A stretch of 64,000 nucleotides of DNA from Amoebophrya sp. A120 (lineage: Eukaryota; Protista; Dinoflagellata). A program made the translations under genes and the position numbers. The notes below the pieces were generated by a model, which searched no databases, was not told the DNA's origin, and saw only the letters and a program-made list of their open reading frames with translations. Shown here piece by piece: positions 1 through 10,800 of the stretch. The stretch lies in NCBI GenBank assembly GCA_905178155.1, contig CAJINV010000004.1, positions 690,629 to 754,628 on the forward strand, written 5' to 3'. Within the stretch, counting starts at the first letter, position 1, and each line of letters starts with the position of its first letter.

Positions 1-545
1 CGGGCACATGAGCCGAGTACTCGCGCCCCACATGTAGTGGGCCAGCGAGGAGGGCGGCGCCGGCCTGGGGGGCATGTGGCCACGAGGGGCGGGGGACAGC
101 GTGGGCGCGCCGGCAAGTCGGCGACAACAGCTGGCTCCTTCGCTCTATTTGATGACGGGCCCACCACTAATCGCATGGACGTCCTCGGTTGCCTTGTTCC
201 CGAAGGTGAAATTGGTCGGCGTGGACGACCACACAAGCGCAGTGGCCCCAGGTTGTCCGGCTTCCAGCCATCCACTCCAAGCGATGCCACAGGCCTTCGC
301 GCTTCGATGCGCTTTGCCAAAACACGAAGAAGGACAGAGGGCGCGCGGCATTTATTGCTGGCCCTAGCTGGCGAATGAAAGATGAATAATACGCGCGCGC
401 GCCTCCAGAATACCTTTGCCGCTGCTGCTGTGGGGGCTACCTGGCGGCAATTTTCAGGCATGCTGGCGGTCGAGTGGCCCCGGCCCTAGGCTCGGAGCGT
501 GGCTTCGCCCCCGGTTGACATTTCGAAGCGTCATTTATGGGGGAG

Positions 546-662
546 GCCAATTTCAAAACGAAATTCATCCCACAGGCCAATTTCAAAACGTGATTCAAAT
601 TTCCCGCCAATTTCAAAACGTATTTCAAATTCCCCGCCAATTTCAAAACGAAATTCAAATCT
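546..662 (+). repeat. 30-bp tandem repeat, about 4 copies (GCCAATTTCAAAACG core)
   Basis: GCCAATTTCAAAACG starts at 546, 576, 606 and 636. Confidence 0.9.
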
Positions 663-1845
663 CCGTTCAATTTCCGTTCAAAATCCGTTCAAAGCCCCTT
701 CCCCATATATAGGGCCTAACTTTCGACGTGAAACGCCTCTCCATTCTCGCGGAAGCACTACGTTTGCGCGAGAATGGCAAAGAATTTCATGCAGATGCGA
801 AGCCCACCACGAGAATCATTCTCGCGCCGCAAGTTATGGGAGCCTGCCCGCAGCAACCCGGAAGCACACGGAAAATGCCCGGGGCCTGGGGGAAAACTGC
901 TGGCGCTTGCCAAAAATGCAGCGCGCCGACGGCAATACCGGGGCCGGCCAGAAGGCCAGAGGGAGGGCGGGAGGCTGCAGGCGCCCTTGTCGTCGGAGGG
1001 AGGGCGGTATTGCGGGAGTCTGCAGGGCGGGAGGCTGCAGGGCATTGCCTTGTTCCCGAAGGTGAAATTGGTCGTGTGTTTTTTCACTGCGACGCGTTCC
1101 GATGAGATAACTAAAAGCGGAATTTCGTGGAATTTTGCGTCTCGAAAATTGGCAGCAGGGCGCTACGTCCCTCGCCCTGGCAACATTGGTCCATTGGGTA
1201 GACCTGCGCGATGTTTTCTCGCCCTGGCCCCCAGCCGTTCTTTGTGTATTTTTTCTTCTCGGCGTGCCCTTTTTTCCAGGTGCGCCGATTTTGTGTCATG
1301 GGCCAGAAACGATACCCGGGGGGAGCGCGTAAGCGCCAACTCGCACCAAGATAAAGCTTCGCGGGCTCTCAGGGCAATAACAGTCGGAAGCCATGCAGCG
1401 CCTCTCCTTCAGTATTACCATATGCGTGGGGTCCGACAAGGGCCACAAATTCTGCGCCAGTGGCCGGCGAATACGCCAGAAGGACCACGCAGAAGTTTTC
1501 TTTTTGCCCTTTCGGATTCCTTCCTTGGCGAGGCCCCTGGCTACGTTCGCGGGACCCCCTGCCTTCCAAATGCAAATCTTTGGAATTTGCTTGGAATTTG
1601 CTGGCTTTTTCGTTGGAGTTTTCTGGGTTTTTTTTGGAATTCGAAGCACTTTTTTTGGATTTTGTCTGGAATTTTTTTGGAATTTCGCTAAGAGAATTCG
1701 GGAATTTCGTCATAGCGTCGTGGCTGGCAAATTCCAGATAAATTCCAAATGAATTCCAGACAAATTTCCTACACAAGGAAAACAAAAAGAAAACAAATTT
1801 CTGGCAAATGTCAAACATGAGGATCCAGAGGACTAACACGACCTC

Positions 1846-1874
1846 CGACCTAGGTCGCGACCTAGGTCGCGACC
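1846..1874. repeat. Tandem 12-bp palindrome (CGACCTAGGTCG)x2 followed by CGACC
   Basis: Read directly; 1846-1869 is a perfect 24-bp palindrome. Confidence 0.9.
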
Positions 1875-2401
1875 CACCCGGAAGCAACCACAAGACAACA
1901 CAACTCTTCCAAAGTCCGGGGCACAAATATCCGATATGGCACTACACCCAAGCGGCACATTGCACTACCGGGCGCCAGAATAGGGGCAACAGGCGAAAAA
2001 GCTACAGCTTTGCCCTGCGTGGGCAGTTCGGGTCCAGGACTGCGAATAATTGGCGCAAGAAATAGGCTTCATGTTATCGGGATTCGACTACCCTCAAGAG
2101 CACGACGCTGCTGTCTGTTTCCCCACGCTTGCTATTATGTGCCCCCATATTTGGACAGAACGAGACGCGGGTAGTCTACCCCGATAACCTGCGCCAGAGA
2201 ACACGCCGGCTGCTGTCCCTGCGGAAAAATCTCGGTTGCCTTGTTCCCGAAGGTTGCCTTGTTCCCGAAGGTGAGATTGGTCGTGTGTTTTTGTAGCTTT
2301 GGAGAGCCTAAAAATATTATGTTCTTCTTGTTCGACACCTTCCCACCATGACTGCTACTTACGGAGGTCGTTCTTGCGCACCTAAAGATCGATGAACAAT
2401 A

Positions 2402-3164
2402 TCAGGTTGTACTGAAGCAGCAGTCAAGAGTTAATATTCTGGCGGGAATAGAAGACGACAATGAATGGAATGAAAGACCCGAAGGTAGAATTAGATCCTA
2501 CTCCTTGACAGATACATTATGGTACTCGAGATTCTGCCGCGCTGGCTTTTTTAGTACAGCAAAATGTGGTATGTGAATGTGTATGTGTATGAAAAGTGGT
2601 AAAAATTGAATAAACACGAATATTAAAGACGGTTGTTGTACTTCAGCAGGGGAAGTACGTCGAAATTGTATGTGATTGTGAAACACAAGTCATATAACTT
2701 TTACTCATAACTACTACATTTTTCCAGCAGTGGTAAACTCCTCCTGCTCGTCGAGGATAACGCAAGTACAATCCTTTCGCACTGCGCCTTGCTGTGTGGT
2801 GGATTATCTTTCGGAAAGATTCGACATCGCCTGCAGGTGGAGTACTGTGAAGCCTTCTATCTAATACTTCCACCTCTTCCCAGGGAGGGGCGGAAGGATT
2901 TTTTGTGCTGGTAAATCTATATGTAGAGTACAAGTTCAAGTGCGAAAAAACTATGCGTGAATAATTATCACAAAAAACAAGCGAGGAGCATCATGTCAAG
3001 GGGATGACGTTTGGAATGTATTTTGCTGCTCTTCTCGCTTCTCGGGTCGTGTTGTTTTTTTTTCGTGTGTCGCGAAAGAAGTCCTTGTCCGCTGTTTTCT
3101 GTTGTTCTAGAAGTTCTCTACTTCGAACAAAAAGCTCATCTCCGATCGGAGTTTTTATTTTCAT
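2402..3164 (-). CDS. Possible small spliced hypothetical protein
   Basis: Short protein-like ORFs 2991-3221 and 2643-2939, and a possible GT-AG intron at about 2498-2717. No homology recognised and the first junction is unresolved. Confidence 0.2.
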
Positions 3165-3674
3165 AATTTGTTCCCTGCTTCGTCGAGGTTCGCGTTCGTA
3201 TGCTCTACTAGTAGCGCACAAAGTTATTGTACATTGCGATGGTATTAAACTAGAACTACACGAAGGAGTAGGAAAACAAAATAATTACGGTGGCTTTCTG
3301 AAGGAGAAGTGAGTCGCTGGCGCTTTCTTTCATTTCTAGAAGTGTGTTGATTGTTGTCTTTTTCTTTATCAAAAAAATTAATAGTACGTGGTAAAATTCT
3401 ACCATTGCAGCCCCTTATTCCTGAAAAGAAGAACATTTTTGCGGCTCTAAAGTACGATTTTCAACATCGTCAAAAGTTGAAAGCATTTTTGCTCTTACAG
3501 ACAGAGAACAACTACTACTGCGTGCTTTTTTTCTACTACACAGTGTGGTGATGTCCTCCACGACAAGTAGACTTCTGCACCCGAATAGACTTAGACCTAA
3601 AAAAAGCTACAACGTCAAAAAAAAAAAATGACGCTGCAGAGCCGAAAACATGTTCTGAAATAGATTTAGATCTA

Positions 3675-6307
3675 TCATAGTTTTGGCGTGAAGAACGCTT
3701 TGAATTCGTCCCAATCGACTTTCCCGTCGCCGTTTTTGTCTAGTCGGGCGATCATTTGTCGCACTTGTGACGCGTCGGGGCTGATATTTCCGAGCCCAAA
3801 CTCCGCGCCGCGGGTGAGGAGTTGCCCAATTTCGTCGATAGATAGTGACCCGCTGTGGTCCACGTCGATTTTCTGGAAGGCCTTCCAGAGCATCGCGTCC
3901 AGGTTGTTGTCAAAGAAGTTGAGGCAGCCTGCGACGAATTCTGTGTACTCCACGTAGCCGGAGTTATCGACGTCCAGGGACTCCGCGGCCCGTTTGCACA
4001 CGGCGGGGTCCACCCCCAGTTCCTGCAGCGCGCCGGCCAGTTCGTCCATGGAAAGCGTGCCGTTGTTGTCCACGTCGTATTTGCGGAAAATCGCGTTCAG
4101 CTTGGGGAGTTTGTTGGCGGAAAGCTGGGACGCGACCTGCATGCGGACCACCTTTTCGAGGTCGGACCGCTCGTGGTACTTCATAAGCTCGTCCATCGTG
4201 TTCTCGGACAAATGCACGTCCTTCATGCCTGGCGCGTCCCGGAACCACTGGAATTGCAGGCACTCGCTGCAGGTGGGTCGCTTGTTTTCGTCCACCGTAA
4301 GCATGGACGAGAGAAGCTGGCGGACCTGTTGTATATGTATAATAGGGGGTTGGAGTTCTTGTTGATACGAAAAAAAACTACGTACTTGTACTTGGTGTGT
4401 GTTTTTAGACAAGTTCTTGTAGATTCTTGACAAGGGCGGGGTCTACTAGCGAAGATCTTCCCAAATAGAAAGTGTAAGACTCAGAAACAATTATCGGCAT
4501 AAAAAAAGAAAATAAAGCAGATCACAAGTAGAACAAGTAGAAATACCGGCTGACTGGCGTGTTCTACTCTTTTCCAGTTTGGTGGCACGGTCAAGACTGC
4601 GAGCCAGTCCTTTTTCTTGCACGTTTTTGCGATGAAGGGCAACTTTCCAGAGAGAAGCTGGTACAATACCACTCCCAAGGACCACACGTCGCACTTCGGG
4701 CCGAAACTCTGGTTCCATACCTCTGGCGCCATGGTAACCGGGGTTCCCGCGATATTTTTTGATTTGCCAGTGACCTGTGATGTGGTTTTTGTAGATGCAG
4801 CGTTTTTGTATGACCACGACACATCTCATCTTAATAAGCTAAAACTGCTTTTATTTCACAAACGCCATTTTTCCTGATACTCAAAAATTTGCGGAAAGCA
4901 CTTACAAGTTTTTGTATCATCAAAGTATAATCCTTTTTTTCGCAAGACGAGATTGCGTGTCACAGTTAGTACCTTGTCAAACATTTCCGCTAGCCCAAGA
5001 TCAATGACGACCGCGTGTGGCTGTGTTGCTGAGTTCCCGTCGTCCAAAAGCATGATGTTTTCCGCCTTCAGGTCCTTGTGCATGATGCCCCGCGCGTGCA
5101 CGTATGAGATCGCGTTTAAGACCTGCGTATACACCACACTTATCCACTGCTCGTTGAGTCTGTACCCCGCCTTGTAGTTCGACTCGATGACGTCCAGCAA
5201 CTCGCCGCCCTTGGCGGTCTCCATCACGATGTAGATGTTGTTGTAGTCCTCGAAGTACTCAAAGAGGCGGATAATGTGCGGGTGGTCGAGAGACTTCAAA
5301 GTGTCAATCTCCAGCTGCAGCTCCTCCGGGGGCATGGCCGACTTCGCCTTGTTGACGACTTTGAGCACCTATGAACTGCAAATATGTCTGGGTCCTCTGG
5401 TAGATTGCGAGATCTGTCATGCTAGTCTGGCATGACTGTGAGCTCTGTATTGCGTGGCCGCGAAGAGCTCCTCTTGCCCATCATGCAGAAACGCAGGCTG
5501 TCATGCGGAGTACGCAACTCAGAACCACGGAAAAACTTATCATGCTGGGCAGCGCATTACAGTGCTTCCACTCTTCCCTTCCTTGCATCACAAGTTTCCA
5601 GGCCCAGACATTTTTGCAGTGCATAGCACCCGCTCCTGGTGGGAGGAAAGATCCTCCACGAGGTAGACGAGGCCGAAGGACCCCTCGCCCAGTTTTTTCA
5701 GCGTTTTGTAGAAGTCTTCCGGCTTCCCGGTTTTGTTCTTGTCAATGAAGAAATCTCGGCGAATCCCCGCCTTGATGTATTTGTCCCGCACGCGGCGCAG
5801 GATGGCCGCGTACAGGCAGAGGAACTCGGTGAATTCCAGGAATCCGTTTTTGTTCGTGTCGAACTTCTTCATCAACGCATCCAGGAGCCGGTCGTCGTTC
5901 AACGGGGGCAACCCAATCTCGCTGTTCAGCGCCTCGATGCATTTTCGTAGTTCCTCCTGGTTCAGCTGCCCGGGCTTGCCCACGTTGTACTTCTTGTACC
6001 AAACCTTCCCGGCCTTGGTGGTCTCGTCGTTGGTGGATAAGACCTTCTGGATCAGCTTCAGCTGCTCCTTGCTTGGTGCGTACTGCGCTTGGTTCCCCCC
6101 GCCCTCGGACTTCCGGGCGCCGATCTTGAAAGAAGTGGCCCCGCCACCCGCCCCACCCGCGTGCACGTCCCAGCACTGCTGGATGGTCATGTACTTTTTT
6201 CCGCTCGCCTTGTGCAGGTAAGAAACCTGCCCGGGTCGCGACGAAGAGGGGACCACGACAAAACCCGGAGGGAGCTTCGCAATGTCCGGATGGTTAGGGT
6301 CCGCCAT
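3675..6307 (-). CDS. Calcium-dependent protein kinase (CDPK) with extra N-terminal EF-hands and a WW/MBD-like N-terminus, about 650 aa, 4 exons
   Basis: Exons 6307-5630, 5368-4973, 4774-4547 and 4325-3675 join in frame through GT-AG introns. Kinase motifs: GEGSFG, VLK, HPHIIRL, HKDLKAEN, DLG, GTPVTMAPE, DVWSLG. Four C-terminal EF-hands (DVDNNGTLSMDE, DVDNSGYVEYTE, DVDHSGSLSIDE, DKNGDGKVDWDE) and an N-terminal DTNKNGFLEFTE. Confidence 0.93.
4326..4546 (-). other. Canonical GT-AG intron (CDPK intron 3)
   Basis: CCG|GTATTT...ACAACAG|GTC joins HASQP to VRQLL in frame. Confidence 0.85.
4775..4972 (-). other. Canonical GT-AG intron (CDPK intron 2)
   Basis: AAG|GTACTA...TCACAG|GTC joins MFDK to VTGKSKNIAGTP in frame. 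Confidence 0.85.
5370..5625. mobile_element. TIR introner, family A (256 bp), in CDPK
   Basis: TIRs TATGAACTGCAAATATGTCTGGGTCC / GGCCCAGACATTTTTGCAGTGCATA; TSD gcacc at 5365-5369 and 5626-5630. Intron 5369-5629 is GT-AG using TSD bases and restores QERVLKVV. Confidence 0.92.
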
Positions 6308-7842
6308 TTTCGATTAATAATATTCTTGGGCTAATTATTATATCCACGAAAATGTTTTTTTTTGTATATCAGGTGTTGATCGTGATTGAATATGAAATGT
6401 CGTGAAGAAAGCTGACAAAATACGAGGGGGCTACTCGTACTCTAGTCAAACTACTTCTGTGAAGATTCTTGTTGGGGTCGAAAAACAAAAAGTTGCGCCT
6501 TCACAGTTGATGTAATAGGTACGGTTTGTCAAGCGAAAAGAGTGATTTCAAACGGAATTAATATGGGTCGAAATAAAGTAATAAGCGATGGTCTAGTACA
6601 ACTACAACTTTCTCAGAAGCAGAGTTTTGACTTCGTATTCGCAATCGATTATCGTGGATAGCCTCCTCTTCACGATAAAGGTAAGTATAAGGCCTTTATT
6701 CGAGGAAACTGTTGCTCCTCGTGTCGCCGTCGCGTGTCGCTGTGTTGAATTGTGACGTCGAACCGATTCCGAGCCGTAAGTAATTCTAAATCTGTACGAA
6801 TTTTTTTGAAGCGAGGGACCACTACTCTACTGCAACTGATAGACGATTAGATAAATAAAGATCCTTCAGTCAGACCACTATGCATGGTGGTATTAATGAT
6901 CGTCTACTAGTGCGGCACATTGTGCTGATGATGGCCCTCCTAAAGGGACCACCAGGATGCAAGTCCTCGGGCAACATGTTTTACTATTGCAATGATCAAT
7001 CTAGGCGTGAAAGGATCTCTACTATAGAAAGCTATAATGAGTGGTCGCAAAAAATATCAAATGGAATAGTAGTTGTATTAGACAAGGAGCGTTGGGGGCC
7101 TGTGGTGATGATATTTTGTGGGACGAGGAGGTGAAGGAGAAGATGAAGAAACCGCCAGAGAGACACCTTTCCCGAGCAGAACCACCTGGCGCAGTTGTGA
7201 AGTTCCATCAAAGCGACCGACCATGATGTTGGGTTGTTCTGACACGAGACATGGCGACCGATCTACTTTTTCGATGAACGATATCCAATAGCAATAAATG
7301 GAGCACGTTTTGATTTTTCTTTTCGACGTTGCGTAGAACCACGTTACTGCGTCTTGTTGTTCTGCTTCTTGCACGATATTATCAATACCACGAGTATCTT
7401 CTCTAATAAATTGCTGCACGAACCGACTCTACAACTTCCACGAGTACCGAAAAGTTCTTGGTATCGTATCTGTAGTCATCAAGCACAGACCGCGAAGGAA
7501 CGAGCGTGGGCGGGCTAATGCTAACTTGCTATTTTTTGTAGCTCCTGCAGAAAATACACGTTGACGATAGTCCTCTGTGATGAGTTTGTTTGTAAATGCG
7601 TCAGTGCCTTCTCATCTCGAGCTCGAAGTAGTCCTAGTCGCACAACAAAGGTCGTAGTTGAGTGGGATGAAACTACAACAAATCCTATCGTGCCCCGTCA
7701 TCCTCATCTTCGGGAGAAATCATTCAATGCAATCTGGTGTGTCTTGGCAGGGGAAAAATTTGTATGTGCAGTTTTACGCTCTACTTCTACAACTTCCGTG
7801 GTGCTCCAGCTCGTGCACCTAAAATCTTTTTCGTAAAAATCT

Positions 7843-10800
7843 TCAATATGTTAAATATTGCGAAGAGCCTCCTCCTGCTTCTGTTTGAAAATCAGCGTCG
7901 TCTTGTAGTCCTGTTTGCAGCCCAACAACAACGTCCGCAAAGTCACTCTCGGAGAGCTGCTCATCATCGTCGCCATACACTTCTTCTTCACTCTCCGACG
8001 TCGATGCCCCTTCCGGCTTCTTGGATTTGGCTTTCTGGTTCTCCTGCGTGGCCTTTTTACTGCTTACACCGTGGCGCTTTTTTTGTTTCTTCTGTTCCCG
8101 CTCGCTCGGTAACGTTTTTGAGTTTTTCTTGTTCGCCCCCGAGACTACACTTGATTTAGAAGGTTTTTTCGGTGGAGTCGGATTGCTCGAGTCAACAACC
8201 TCCACGTCTTGGTCATCAACTCCAACGTCTTCTTGCAGAGAAGTTGACCTAGAGCTTCTTTTTTTTGTGCGCTCTTTGTCTTTGCCCGGCAGCGCACTAG
8301 TTGTACTTGTCTTCGGCGCTACAGTAGTGTCTTCTTTATTTTCACCGGTGGAACCAAAGGAAAAATTTGCTGCAAACGCGGCATTTTTGTCGGACGACGA
8401 CCTAGCTTCTTGCTGTCCTCGCGCACCCTGTATGTTTGTTCCTGGTCTTATCGTCCTCTCGTCAGCTCCTGCGCCTCTGCTCCTTGCACTCCTCCCGGGG
8501 AGGTGGACGACCCCCGACGGGTCTCCCTCGGACGACGACCGCGCGACAGCGATGAGGTAGGTCGCCAGCGCAGCCCCGGTACAGAGGCAGAACACCAAGG
8601 CGACAATTAAGAACGTCGTACATTTGCAGCAAGCCGCTTCGGCCTCCGGGGTGTCGGGCCAGGGGAGCGGTGCGATGTCCCGGAAGGCCGAGAGACTTGG
8701 TGGTGGATTGTATCGCGTCTCGGGGACTTGTTCGTGGAAAGCGTGTCCGCCAAGATCTTCAGGATCCAGGGTCGTGGTGGTAGTAGTCGTTGATGTGGTT
8801 GTACTAGTCGTCGTCGTCGTATCCCGAGAAAAAAGTGTTACAGTTACACGTTTGCGTTTGTCGCATTTTTCAGGTTCATCTTTGGCGATACAAATTTTCT
8901 TTGCAGGAGCATGACAGACACAGAGAAAATTAGGATTTGAGTTCAGAGATCATAAGCGAGGCCACGCATCGACAAACTAGGCTCGGGAGGAGCATATCCG
9001 ACATCATGACAGGAGTGCTCTGTCTCGCTCCGCCTACAACGCAGTGTGTAAAAAGTACTGTAGCGCTTTTTTCTTTGCATATGTCGTCGTGCACTGTTCT
9101 TCCTGTTGGTACGGGTTCCAGTGGTCATCGGCAGTTTTGTATCCAACCAAAAGAGATTGTAGGTGCAACTTTGATGTGATGCGCAACATGCGAATTGATT
9201 GCGTCCTCTCCTGTCATGCTGGTCCTCATGCATTGCAGGGCCCACAACTAAGCGCGTGTCGGTGTCCACGTACTATCTGCGCAACCACGTGACAGGTTTT
9301 TATTGCTGTCTTCAACATGCCAGACAGATCTCGAATGTTGTTCTGCAAAGAAGGGCTCACGACCTACAACGTTTTTTTCTTGGATATTTTGAAAAGTTGA
9401 AACAGATCGACGTGGCCAGGCAAATTTTCCCCGACTTCTTCTTCGTCCGCTTCCAACAGTTGAAGCCGCTCATCCGAGGAGAAGTCGGAGAAGCTTCCGG
9501 AAGGCACGAAGGGCAAAACGTTTCCGACGTCGATTTCTTCCGGCGGGGGCGGGGTGTACTGATCCATGCCGGCGAAGGTGAATTGAAATGTGTGCGCAGC
9601 TTTTACGGCTATCAAATGCAAAAATGTCTGGGTCTGGAAGAAGACCCTTGTTTGTCATGCATTCTTTGGATTATGCAAATGGTCTGTAATGCACGCAAAA
9701 GCATTACAGGTTTTGCGCAGGCCTTCTGATGCCTATCCTGCATGAGAAATTCCCAATTTGCGTAGCACGAAATGGGCAGCTTTTGGCGATCATGCAACAC
9801 AAATTTTTGCCCATTCCAGAATCCGCATCACAAGTTCCAACCTTCCAGACCCAGACATATTTGCAATCCATAACGGCCCGTAGGGTTGCCGTGTAATCCA
9901 GCAACGGATCGCGCCCGTTTTGGATGTTGACCGCAATGTCCGTCTCTTGGGGTGCCCCATTGTCAGTATCTTCCGAAAAGTAGACCACCTTGACTGTGTA
10001 CACGCCAGCCTGGGGCTGGGGGGTGTCGTCCCGGGCCCACCGAATGTTTTCCACGGGACTGAGGCTACAACTGGAACGAACATTCATGTCCACGTCAAGC
10101 TTGCCCCCGAAATCGCCTTCCATATGCATTGCAAATATGTCTGAATCTGGATGAGTGCGGAAGCTTGTGGTCATTCTGATTTCGGATCATGCCCCGCGAG
10201 GGCCGCTGGAACAATACAGGGACAGGGTACATCACAGGTTTTAATTATAAATATATATTTTCATATAAGGCGGGCTAAGTAGTAGCCCGCCTTATGGTTA
10301 AGTTAACCATAAGGCGGGCCTTATGTGATATGTACTCGCAAAGCGAGTTAAAAAAATATAAATGAATCGCATAGCGGCTTAACGTTAACCAGGTTAACGT
10401 TAAGCCGCTTTGCGATTCATAATATCCCGCATGACCAGCAGGGCCACCGTTTTCGCAGTGCCAAAAGTGGGCATCTTTGCTACCTGCGCAAAACGAGTTT
10501 TTTTGTTTTCATCTGCGGGACGCATCACATCAAATTGCATCCTTCCAGAAGACCCACCAGACAGGCATAGTACTTGCAATGCATATTCCTTGTTGGCCCA
10601 ATACACTTCCTCTTCACTTGGCGTGATGACATGGAGATCGATGTCATTGCAGTTGCTCCAGGAAAGTGTAACCCGGATGGCATTGTTATCGACTTGCCCG
10701 CCCGCATCTTGTATCCAGTGCAGAAGTATCGTACTGATTGCAATCATGCACTCCAAGTTTAGGTTCTAAATCAGCATATCATAACAAATTCTTCTATTCG

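Larger units (their letters stand above)
1..2295. mobile_element. Probable large non-coding repetitive element; right end at about 2295, left end outside the window
   Basis: The motif TTGCCTTGTTCCCGAAGGTGA(A/G)ATTGGTCG occurs at about 189, 1045 and 2255, with a partial duplicate at 2235. The last copy ends ...GTGTGTTTTTGTA at 2295, a TA terminus like the other elements. The region holds tandem repeats and palindromes and no credible ORF. Confidence 0.45.

Noticed and set aside
546-662. CRISPR-like appearance of the 30-bp periodic repeat
   Set aside because: The intervening 15-mers are similar to each other and too short to be spacers; there are no cas genes and the context is eukaryotic.
37-2065. 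GC-rich ORFs up to 305 aa
   Set aside because: They overlap in all frames, translate repeats and show no recognisable motifs.
7078-7419. 113-aa minus-strand ORF
   Set aside because: No homology or splice context recognised; insufficient support.
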